Origin: a virus
Taxonomy: Duplodnaviria; Caudoviricetes
DNA: 55,402 nucleotides
Virus record (IMG/VR): IMGVR_UViG_3300029448_000052
Location: 1 to 55,402 of that record
Reading direction: 5' to 3' (one strand)
Shown: positions 47,723 to 55,402 of the stretch, piece after piece
Numbering within the stretch: the stretch's first letter is position 1
Layout of the letters: each line of letters starts with the position of its first letter
Notes under the pieces: model-generated
What the model saw: only the letters and a program-made list of their open reading frames with translations
The model's database searches: none
Told to the model about the DNA's origin: nothing
Made by a program: the position numbers and the translations under genes

Positions 47723-48706
47723 ATGGCTACTACTACTTTTAACGGTGCAGTCCGCTCCGAAAACGGATTTAAACAAATCACTAAAAATGCCACTACTGGT
47801 GCGATTACAGAAAACTATTCTGTAAGTTCAACAGGTCAAGTTACAGCAGCAGCTTCTACCACAATTTTTCAGTACAACTACATTACTTGTCCACCTCCAA
47901 TGACAGCGATGTTATCAAATAGTGCTGTTGGTGTTTTAGGTGATGGCGATAAATTTGGCATGATTTTTATAGGTCCTCAAGGCCAGATGTATCCCGCAGC
48001 TTGTGTTGCAGTAGGGGCATTTACCGCTGGAGGCACAGCTCCTATGCTTGATGGAACCGTGCCAGCAACTGATACGGCAACCACACATGCTGGTTTAAAC
48101 CTTTGTATGGATGGCGAGACAGCCGACAATGTAGGTTTGCAAATGATTTGTGGTGGTAATCCTCAAGGCACAGGTCCTCATACTTTTACAGTGGGTACTC
48201 ATTCAGGTGCTATTGATGCAACTTTCCAAGCTGCTGATTACACAGACTTTGATTGTATTGTAGTTGGTTTCAGAAAAACAGAGGAGTTTGCAACTGGGTT
48301 CAATGCTGCTGTAGCTGCGGCAACAGCAGGTGATTTAGTTTACACTGATGTTGTTGCTTTTGGAGCACAAGGTGACACTAATATTGAAATCCAAACTGAC
48401 TTAAATAACTCAGGCACTTCCACATCTACAGATTGTGGCGCATCAGTTCCAGTTGATACCCAGAACTTACGGTTGAAAGTTAATCTTTCTTCTGCTGGTG
48501 TGGTAACTTATGAGTTGGTTGTAAACCAAATAGCAGGTGCAGGAACTTTAGCTGCCCCAGCGTCAACAGCCGCTTTCACCTTTGATGATGGCGATGTTCT
48601 TGTCCCATATCTGGCTATCCTTAAAAATGGCACAGCAGTGGATGAAATCTTCCTAAAAGATATCACAGTCACTCGTACTCCTGGAGATTCTTTCGAGAGA
48701 CTATAA
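47723..48706 (+). CDS. putative virion structural protein
   Basis: MATTTFNGAVRSENGF N-terminus; Thr/Gly/Ala-rich. Confidence 0.6.
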   Translation: MATTTFNGAVRSENGFKQITKNATTGAITENYSVSSTGQVTAAASTTIFQYNYITCPPPMTAMLSNSAVGVLGDGDKFGMIFIGPQGQMYPAACVAVGAFTAGGTAPMLDGTVPATDTATTHAGLNLCMDGETADNVGLQMICGGNPQGTGPHTFTVGTHSGAIDATFQAADYTDFDCIVVGFRKTEEFATGFNAAVAAATAGDLVYTDVVAFGAQGDTNIEIQTDLNNSGTSTSTDCGASVPVDTQNLRLKVNLSSAGVVTYELVVNQIAGAGTLAAPASTAAFTFDDGDVLVPYLAILKNGTAVDEIFLKDITVTRTPGDSFERL

Positions 48707-48712
48707 TTAACA

Positions 48713-48739
48713 GAGAGGGGGAAACCCCTCTCCTTTCTT
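48713..48739 (+). terminator. hairpin / putative terminator
   Basis: GAGAGGGG-GAAA-CCCCTCTC followed by CTTTCTT. Confidence 0.5.
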
Positions 48740-48752
48740 GAAGGAGATTGAT

Positions 48753-49355
48753 ATGGCAGGTTCAGACGTAAAAGTTCAATTAATCAGCGATGAAGTCGCT
48801 GCAGATGATGATTTTATTGTTACAGCAGCCCGACCCAATACAGGGGCAACATTAGCAAACACTGCTTTTGCTTCTGGAGGTGCGAGGCTTCTCGGTGTCA
48901 CCACAACTGGCACTGGTGATAACGCCAAAACTAACACTATTGTTGGTACAGATGTTTTTGATAATGCGCTAACAGAAATCATAACTTCAACAGGGTCAGC
49001 CGAACAGGTTGATGGAACGAAGTTTTTTAAAACAATAACTTCCATTACAAGTTCTGCTCAATTTGCAGCAAACATTAAAATCGGCTCCCTCGCTACCGCT
49101 GCTCAGGCTGTTGGTGGTGGTGCAAGAGTTAGACTCAGGGGGTATTCAATAGTATCTGGTGGATCTGCAGGTATTATTGAGTTTATAGATGGGACACCAG
49201 AAAGTGGTACTGTTTTGTTTAAAGCAAGAACTATCGGAACAGATAATACTACTTTAGATAATACTATCCCCGATGAGGGTATCTTGTTTAAAAGTGGGTT
49301 ATCTATCAGGTATACTGTAGGCACTATTGATATGATGAATATCTTCCATGGCTAG
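48753..49355 (+). CDS. putative virion structural protein
   Basis: MAGSDVK...IPDEGILF. Confidence 0.6.
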   Translation: MAGSDVKVQLISDEVAADDDFIVTAARPNTGATLANTAFASGGARLLGVTTTGTGDNAKTNTIVGTDVFDNALTEIITSTGSAEQVDGTKFFKTITSITSSAQFAANIKIGSLATAAQAVGGGARVRLRGYSIVSGGSAGIIEFIDGTPESGTVLFKARTIGTDNTTLDNTIPDEGILFKSGLSIRYTVGTIDMMNIFHG

Positions 49356-49632
49356 TACAAAAGATGTAAAAAGAACCCCTTCGGGTAAAATATCATACCG
49401 AGGGGAGACTTTTCCTGGATTTAATAAACCAAAGCGCACTCCTGGAGCTAAGAAAAAATCAGCAGTGTTAGCTAAAAAAGGTGACCAAATAAAGTTAGTT
49501 CGTTTTGGTGACCCCAACATGAGTATTAAAAAGGATATACCAGCAAGGCGTAAATCTTTTAGAGCGCGTCATAACTGCGCTAGTGCTAAAGATAAATTTA
49601 GTGCGCGATATTGGTCATGTAAGGCTTGGTAA
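49348..49632 (+). CDS. conserved basic protein
   Basis: VRFGDPNM....P.RRKSFRARHNC...SARYWSCKAW. Confidence 0.65.
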   Translation: MASTKDVKRTPSGKISYRGETFPGFNKPKRTPGAKKKSAVLAKKGDQIKLVRFGDPNMSIKKDIPARRKSFRARHNCASAKDKFSARYWSCKAW

Positions 49633-49790
49633 TGAAAGCAGATGATGTATTAAAGTTGTTAGAAAAACACGAGGCAGATTGCAGTGCGCGATATGCCCAA
49701 ATACAAAAACAACTTGACAAATTAGATATGAGGTTATGGGGTATAGCCGTTTTAATCATAGCGGCTGCTGCAATCCCGAGGTTGTTGTAA
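49632..49790 (+). CDS. 52-aa coiled-coil plus TM protein (not in the ORF track)
   Basis: MKADDVLKLLEKHEADCSARY...LWGIAVLII; coupled at both ends. Confidence 0.6.
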   Translation: MKADDVLKLLEKHEADCSARYAQIQKQLDKLDMRLWGIAVLIIAAAAIPRLL

Positions 49791-50074
49791 TGGCTATGAA
49801 CAGAAGTAATATGGCGCAACAAATAAAGAAAGCTCCTGCCAGCCGAAAGAAAAAGAAGAAAAAACCAAAAGTGCCAGCTAAGTATTTAGCTGGTCTTAGC
49901 TCTGCTGATAGGGCTAAAAAGAAAAAAGAGATAGAACGTAATAGGAAAAAATCACCAAAGGATCCCTCTGCTTATGTTTTCCCAAGTGATTTTGATAAGC
50001 GCGGTAAAAGAAGAAAAACCAAAGAATCCGTGCATACTAAAAAATTTAAAAAAATGTTTGGTTCTAAAACGTGA
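49790..50074 (+). CDS. Lys-rich protein (DUF5824-like N-half)
   Basis: VPAKYLAGLS...TKES.HTKKFKKMFG. Confidence 0.5.
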   Translation: MAMNRSNMAQQIKKAPASRKKKKKKPKVPAKYLAGLSSADRAKKKKEIERNRKKSPKDPSAYVFPSDFDKRGKRRKTKESVHTKKFKKMFGSKT

Positions 50075-50358
50075 CAAAAGAAAAAGATCCAAAAAAAGGC
50101 ACAGGTAAAAAACCTAAAGGTTCTGGTAGGAGGTTATACACAGATGAAAATCCAAAAGATACTGTCGGGATTAAATTCGCGACTCCAGCAGATGCAAGAG
50201 CGACTGTTGCAAGAGTTAAAAAAATTAAAAAACCTTTTGCTAGGAAAATCCAAATCCTCACCGTCGGTGAACAAAGAGCCAAAGTTATGGGTAAAACCAA
50301 AGTCGTCAAAATCTTTAAAGACGGGAAAGAAAGTCTCCGCAACGAAAGGAAAAAGTGA
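50071..50358 (+). CDS. basic hypothetical protein
   Basis: GRRLYTDENPKDTV.IKF...QRAKV. Confidence 0.6.
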   Translation: MTKEKDPKKGTGKKPKGSGRRLYTDENPKDTVGIKFATPADARATVARVKKIKKPFARKIQILTVGEQRAKVMGKTKVVKIFKDGKESLRNERKK

Positions 50359-50633
50359 TGGCACTAAGCGCAGCAACAAAAAAGTCTCTAGCAAAAAAAG
50401 CGGAAGCAGCCCGAAAAAAAGGTAAAAAAGTTTCGGCTGGTCAGTTAGCTAGAGTATATAATAAAGGATTAGCTGCGTATAGAACAGGACACCGTCCTGG
50501 AACATCACCAAATCAATGGGCTATGGCACGAGTTAACAGTGTGTTGACAGGAGGCAAAGCTGCCAAGGTAGATGCTCATATATTTGGTAAAGGGAAGAAA
50601 CCAAAAAAGAAGGAAGATAAAAAGAAAACATGA
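50355..50633 (+). CDS. basic protein (DUF5824-like C-half)
   Basis: VYNKGLAAYRTGHRPG....QWAMARVNS. Confidence 0.55.
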   Translation: MMALSAATKKSLAKKAEAARKKGKKVSAGQLARVYNKGLAAYRTGHRPGTSPNQWAMARVNSVLTGGKAAKVDAHIFGKGKKPKKKEDKKKT

Positions 50634-51334
50634 GTTTTTTACAAAGTAACATACCGTATTTCAAATGTTGGGTAAGAAGAGAATATACATGCAATCATGA
50701 AAACCACCATGGAGAGTTTTTACATGCTATGGCTATAGCGGTAACAACGATGCCAAATAGGTGTTTAAGTTTTCAAGTTATATTTACAGGTTGTGAAGCA
50801 GAAATGAATGATGAGGCAAATGTACATGGTGGAGCTATGTGGGCAAGGATGCCTATAACTGCTTTAGTAGGTGATACGCCTTTTGATGAATGGGCAGAGC
50901 CTATGCCTGTGCATTCAGCTCAGCCTTGGGATTGTATGTCTCATACACATTCTGTTTATGTTTTAAACAGAGCTACGCCATGCCCTTGGATGGCAAAAAT
51001 AAATGGAGAGTTTTTCCCTGCTAAATATTATTTTACTGTAGACTATACAGATAGTGAAATAGCAGATGACCCAGCCCAACATAAACAAAGCCATGTGTTA
51101 GAGCTGCTAGATGCTGGTCGATGGACTGGTAATATTGTGGCTTTGCCTAACAATCGTGTCCGTGTCACGCACCCAGCATGGTTTGAAACTGGTGAAGGCG
51201 CACCAGATTTTAAACCGTCTCAACACATACACTATTCAAAGTCTGATTTAGACTATACAATGGATGTAAATCAGATATTCGACAATCTTTATGCTGAAGA
51301 GGAAGAAGATAATGGCAATGAAGAAAAAGGGTAA
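50630..51334 (+). CDS. conserved hypothetical phage protein
   Basis: GGAMWARMPI, QPWDC, HKQSHVL, ALPNNR. Confidence 0.65.
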   Translation: MSFLQSNIPYFKCWVRREYTCNHENHHGEFLHAMAIAVTTMPNRCLSFQVIFTGCEAEMNDEANVHGGAMWARMPITALVGDTPFDEWAEPMPVHSAQPWDCMSHTHSVYVLNRATPCPWMAKINGEFFPAKYYFTVDYTDSEIADDPAQHKQSHVLELLDAGRWTGNIVALPNNRVRVTHPAWFETGEGAPDFKPSQHIHYSKSDLDYTMDVNQIFDNLYAEEEEDNGNEEKG

Positions 51335-51521
51335 TGCTAAAGGCGGCAAGCGCATGATGAAGTCTAAAGGCGGTGCTATGGGCGGTAAAAAGCGCATGAT
51401 GAAGTCTAAAGGCGGTGCTATGGGTGGCAAGCGCATGATGAAGTCTAAAGGTGGTGCTATGGGTGGCAAGCGCAAAATGATGTCAGGTGGTGGTGCTATG
51501 ATTAAAGGTCCTTATAGCTAG
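51312..51521 (+). CDS. small Lys/Met/Gly-rich repeat protein
   Basis: (KRMMKSKGGAMGG) x3. Confidence 0.6.
   Translation: MAMKKKGNAKGGKRMMKSKGGAMGGKKRMMKSKGGAMGGKRMMKSKGGAMGGKRKMMSGGGAMIKGPYS
51348..51473 (+). repeat. tandem repeat, about 39-nt unit, 3 copies
   Basis: AAGCGCATGATGAAGTCTAAAGGYGGTGCTATGGGYGGY. Confidence 0.9.
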
Positions 51522-52208
51522 ATGGCTGTTTCAGGTTCAAATGATTTTGAGCTAGATGTAGCTGATTATGTTGAAGAGGCTTTTGAGCGTTGTGGCTTAG
51601 AGGTTCGTACAGGATATGACCTTAGAACAGCCACACGCTCGTTAAACCTTATGTTAGCTGATTGGGCTAACAGAGGTTTAAATCGTTGGACTATGACGCA
51701 AACTTCACAAAGTATAACGGCTGGCACACCTAATTATAATCTTGGTGCAGATACAATTGATATATTGAGTGCTGTTATAAGAACAGGTAGTGGTACAACT
51801 CAATCAGATATATCTTTAAGTAGAATAAGTAGAGATGCTTATTTAAGTATTACTAATAAAAACAGTACAGGCAGACCAACACAATTTTATGTTGATAGAC
51901 AAATCAACCCGATAGTAAAATTGTGGCCTACCCCTGATAGTGTTGATACATATACACTTGTTTTTGATAGATTAGTAAGAATGGATGATGCTGATAATTC
52001 AATTAACACTCTAGATGTACCTTTTAGATTTTATCCTTGTTTAGCGGCAGGGTTAGCCTACTACATAGCTTTGAAAAAAGCTCCTGATAGGATACAGATA
52101 TTAAAAGCTGTGTATGAAGAAGAGTTTGAAAGAGCAGCTTCCGAAGACCGTGATAGAGCTACATTAAGTCTAACTCCGAGTAGAGATTACTATACGTTTA
52201 TATCATGA
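51522..52208 (+). CDS. head-tail adaptor / tail tubular A-like protein
   Basis: EEAFERCG...RSLNLMLADWANRG...GRPTQFY...LWPTPD. Confidence 0.7.
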   Translation: MAVSGSNDFELDVADYVEEAFERCGLEVRTGYDLRTATRSLNLMLADWANRGLNRWTMTQTSQSITAGTPNYNLGADTIDILSAVIRTGSGTTQSDISLSRISRDAYLSITNKNSTGRPTQFYVDRQINPIVKLWPTPDSVDTYTLVFDRLVRMDDADNSINTLDVPFRFYPCLAAGLAYYIALKKAPDRIQILKAVYEEEFERAASEDRDRATLSLTPSRDYYTFIS

Positions 52209-52939
52209 GATATGCTTCTGGTAAAAGGTCTTTAGCTATATGTGATCGGTGTGGTCAAAGATACCGTTACTTAAAATTACGTAAAGAATGGACTGGTTTA
52301 AAAACATGTCCTGATTGTTTTGAACCAAAACACCCACAATTAGAACCGAGTAAAGTTCCTTTTGAGCCACAGGTTTTGCATGAGCCTAGACCAGATATTA
52401 AAGAAGTATCTGGTGTTACTGTTTCTTTTCCTGTGACCAACTCAGATACTTATGCTTTAGAACCACAGCTCCCTGTTTTACAGGTTTCAGTAGGCACGGT
52501 AACTTTGGGTGGAGATGTAGTTACCCCAGTTACCTCAACTATTACAGGTGTATCTAGCACAGGGTCTATAGGCACTGTTACAGCCTCTGGTACAGGTCTT
52601 TTGATTGCTGCAACTTACACTGTCACTGTTGCCAATCCAGGAGCGGGGAATAGGTATTATCTTAATAGCTCATTACAACTTACGGTGAACCTAACTGAAG
52701 GATCAACTTATAGATTTGATCAAAGTGATTCTTCTAATTCAGGCCACCCTCTTAGATTTTCTACAACGTCTAATGGAACACACAGTGGTGGATCAGAGTA
52801 CACCACAGGAGTATCAACAAATGGCACTCCTGGATCATCGGGTGCATATACTCAAATAACAGTAGCTTCTGGCGCACCGACGTTGTATTACTATTGTACA
52901 AATCATAGTGCTATGGGCGGTCAGGCGAACACACCATGA
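52205..52939 (+). CDS. virion protein: N-terminal Zn-ribbon plus C-terminal cupredoxin-like beta domain
   Basis: CDRCG...CPDC; TYRFDQSDSSNSGHPLRFS...LYYYCTNHSAMG. Confidence 0.65.
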   Translation: MRYASGKRSLAICDRCGQRYRYLKLRKEWTGLKTCPDCFEPKHPQLEPSKVPFEPQVLHEPRPDIKEVSGVTVSFPVTNSDTYALEPQLPVLQVSVGTVTLGGDVVTPVTSTITGVSSTGSIGTVTASGTGLLIAATYTVTVANPGAGNRYYLNSSLQLTVNLTEGSTYRFDQSDSSNSGHPLRFSTTSNGTHSGGSEYTTGVSTNGTPGSSGAYTQITVASGAPTLYYYCTNHSAMGGQANTP

Positions 52940-53790
52940 GCTATACATACACAGAATTAAAATCATCAATACAAGATTACACTGATAATAATGAATCTAG
53001 TTTTGTTTCTAATTTAGATAGATTCATAAAATCTGCAGAGCAACGCATTTTTTCTACTGTGGATTTAGAGTATTTTCGTAAAAATGTATCAGGATCAATG
53101 ACAGCTAGTAATCAATTTATGGCTGTACCAACTGATTATCTAGCTTCTTTTAGCATGTCTATAGAGAGTTCTAGCTCAAAAATCTTTTTACTGCAAAAAG
53201 ATGTAAACTTCTTACAGGAAGCTCACCCTAATTCTAGTACAACAGGAATACCTAAATACTATGCTGTGTATGATATAAACAATTTTATAATTGCTCCTAC
53301 ACCTAATGATAGTTTTTCTACAGAGCTTCATTATTATTATCGTCCTACTAGTTTAGCATCCAGCACTTTTAATTTAACTGTTAATAGTGTTTCTGGGACG
53401 TTTGCAGCAGGAGAAACTATAACAGGCGGTACGAGTGGTGAAACTACTTCTATAATCTCTGTTACTTCCACCACTGTTTTTGTTGTGGGTATACCTACTG
53501 GTTCTTTCACTGTTGGAGAAACAGTGACAGGTGGAACAAGCGGAGCTACAGGTGTTGTAGTATCTACTTCTGCAGACACCACTTTAACGTGGGTCAGTGA
53601 AAATGCACCAAATGCTTTATTATATGGCAGCTTATTTGAGGCATATACCTATATGAAGGGCGAAAAAGATATATTAGATTTGTACAATGGTAGATTTATA
53701 GAGGCAATAAGTCGAATTAAAGATTTAGCAGAAGCCCGTGAAAACTCGGATGCTTATAGAGTAGGGTTACCAACTAGAGCAAGGTCATGA
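52936..53790 (+). CDS. head-tail connector-like protein with an inserted duplicated motif
   Basis: FIKSAEQRI, PKYYA, APTP, ALLYGSL; insertion with two F..GET.TGGTSG units. Confidence 0.65.
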   Translation: MSYTYTELKSSIQDYTDNNESSFVSNLDRFIKSAEQRIFSTVDLEYFRKNVSGSMTASNQFMAVPTDYLASFSMSIESSSSKIFLLQKDVNFLQEAHPNSSTTGIPKYYAVYDINNFIIAPTPNDSFSTELHYYYRPTSLASSTFNLTVNSVSGTFAAGETITGGTSGETTSIISVTSTTVFVVGIPTGSFTVGETVTGGTSGATGVVVSTSADTTLTWVSENAPNALLYGSLFEAYTYMKGEKDILDLYNGRFIEAISRIKDLAEARENSDAYRVGLPTRARS

Positions 53791-54464
53791 AAATAGCCAT
53801 AGTAGGCCTCGGTGGTAGTTATGCTGATTACATTTCTGCCAGAGTTGCGTCACAAGAATTTGATGAAGTATGGGGTATAAATTGTATAGGAGCAATAATA
53901 CACGTTGATAAGACGTTTATGATGGATCCTGTTTCTAGATTTTTAGATACAGAAAATGCTGGTACACAAACAGGTGTAGCTAGAAATTTTTTAAAAAATA
54001 ACAAAAAACCTATCATTACTTGCCAACTTGATAAACGTATAAAACAGTTAGAGCTATTCCCTTTAAAAGAAGTCGCAACAGAACTTGGTTTTTGTTATTT
54101 TAATAATACTGTCGCTTATGCGGTAGCTTATGCTATATGGGCAAAAGCCACTCAGATTTGTTTGTACGGTATTGATTATACTTACAAAAATGTGAGTATG
54201 GCAGAATCAGGTAGAGCATGTGTTGAGTTTTGGTGTGCGATAGCTGCTAGTAAGGGTATTAAACTTGAAGTAGCCCACAGATCTACTTTATTAGATACCA
54301 ATGTTCCAGATAACGAAAAACTATATGGATATCATCGTTTAGATGATCCTTTAGTACAAACTGTAAAAGATGGGGGACTGGTTATAACAAGACAGTCTGA
54401 GGTAGAACCGCCAGAGCCAGTGGAAAACAACCCCATTATTTTTGGGAGACATGATAATGTTTGA
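53787..54464 (+). CDS. Rossmann-like protein, possibly glycosyltransferase/MptE-related
   Basis: KIAIVGLGGS, EVWGIN, NTVAYAVAYA, ICLYGID. Confidence 0.45.
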   Translation: MKIAIVGLGGSYADYISARVASQEFDEVWGINCIGAIIHVDKTFMMDPVSRFLDTENAGTQTGVARNFLKNNKKPIITCQLDKRIKQLELFPLKEVATELGFCYFNNTVAYAVAYAIWAKATQICLYGIDYTYKNVSMAESGRACVEFWCAIAASKGIKLEVAHRSTLLDTNVPDNEKLYGYHRLDDPLVQTVKDGGLVITRQSEVEPPEPVENNPIIFGRHDNV

Positions 54465-54744
54465 TTTAAATGTAGGAAGTGTGGGGGCTGTTAATATAGT
54501 GACCTCTGAAAACGGTGGTTTATCTAATGATCAAATAGCAGAAATGTTGGCTAGTAAACTTATTTATATCTCTGATGATGCTCCAGAACCTATACGTTTA
54601 CAAGCTGAGGCTTTTAGAGATAAAGTAAGGAATCTAGCGCAATACTATATAGAGTTGGCTAGAAAAGAAGAACGTGCTAGTATTTGCTCCAAGGTCCGTG
54701 AGGCTGGACAAATGGAACTAGCAAACGCTATTGGGAGACTGTAA
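54457..54744 (+). CDS. hypothetical protein
   Basis: Coupled ORF in the tail region. Confidence 0.55.
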   Translation: MFDLNVGSVGAVNIVTSENGGLSNDQIAEMLASKLIYISDDAPEPIRLQAEAFRDKVRNLAQYYIELARKEERASICSKVREAGQMELANAIGRL

Positions 54745-55196
54745 TGGCAATCGCACAAGCAATGTGTACAGCATTTAAACAAGAGTTGATGCTAGGGACA
54801 CACAATTTCGCAACAAATGGTAATGCTTTTAAGTTGGCACTTTATGCAGAGGGTGGTGGTGGCAAGTCTAGCACTACAGCTACTCTTGGTGCAGCAACGA
54901 CAGCTTATACTACCACAGGGGAAGTTGCTAACAGCGGGTCTTACACGGCTGGTGGTGGCACTCTTACTAAAGTAGCTCCAACTACTTCTGGCACGACAGC
55001 GTTAACAGATTTTGCTGACATTAGTTTTACAACAGCTACTATTACTGCAATGGGTGCGTTGATATACAATGATACCAACAGTGATAAAGCTGTAGCTGTA
55101 TTGGACTTTAGTTCTAATAAAACATCTACTTCTGGGACATTTACGATTCAATTTCCTACAGCAGATGCGAGTAATGCTATTATACGAATAGCCTGA
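54744..55196 (+). CDS. putative tail protein
   Basis: MAI.QAMCT.FKQEL...FKLALY...GALIYN...AVLDF...FTIQFP. Confidence 0.65.
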   Translation: MAIAQAMCTAFKQELMLGTHNFATNGNAFKLALYAEGGGGKSSTTATLGAATTAYTTTGEVANSGSYTAGGGTLTKVAPTTSGTTALTDFADISFTTATITAMGALIYNDTNSDKAVAVLDFSSNKTSTSGTFTIQFPTADASNAIIRIA

Positions 55197-55207
55197 TGAG
55201 GTAGCTT

Positions 55208-55402
55208 ATGTCTTTAACAGGATGGGGTAGAGGTACTTGGGGTGAGGGTGCGTGGAACCAAAGTGTTCCACTTGCTGTAACAGGAGTTGTTGGAACTACT
55301 TCTCTAGGGTCTGTTACGGTACAGAACATATTGGAAATTCCTGTAACGGGGGTTGCTGCAACTGGAGCGGTTGGAACTGTTAGCGTATCAGGTACAGCGG
55401 CT
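55208..55402 (+). CDS. putative tail protein (3' truncated by the window)
   Basis: GAGGT RBS; MSLTGWGRGTWGEGAWN...VTGV.ATGAVG; open to the window end. Confidence 0.6.
   Translation, partial: MSLTGWGRGTWGEGAWNQSVPLAVTGVVGTTSLGSVTVQNILEIPVTGVAATGAVGTVSVSGTAA

Noticed and set aside
50144-50425. Alternative-frame 93-aa ORF
   Set aside because: Overlaps the coupled, motif-bearing ORFs 50071..50358 and 50355..50633
51348-51473. Possible CRISPR-like array
   Set aside because: Repeats are contiguous, in-frame coding units without unique spacers; no cas genes

Overview
Most of a tailed dsDNA phage genome, probably marine and podovirus-like, in circularly permuted order with both window ends inside tail genes. 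The order is: tail and internal-virion genes (1-11.5 kb); a replication module with SNF2 helicase, SSB-like protein, primase, UvrD-like helicase and family A DNA polymerase carrying Leu762; a thymidine-hypermodification cluster (aGPT-Pplase1/amino-acid:DNA transferase-like protein, GT-B glycosyltransferase, dUMP hydroxymethylase-like thymidylate synthase, Nmad/DUF1599-like protein, HD nucleotidase); many small early genes; terS; then terL, portal, lysis, GroES, scaffold, capsid and head-tail genes. The most striking unexplained structure is at 34.5-37.9 kb. A 726-bp island (35463-36188) has no TC and only 4 GA dinucleotides, and it encodes a paralog of the neighbouring gene from which nearly all Asp/Glu (GAN codons) have been removed. 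TC/GA-dense clusters lie just upstream of it, and terL downstream is TC-poor on the plus strand only. This suggests the genome is patterned around a TC-directed DNA modification or attack. Separately, a hairpin with an AGAAAG loop and covarying stems overlaps the ribosome-binding sites of about 14 early/middle genes. All family assignments come from motif recognition by eye and all counts are manual; no searches were run.
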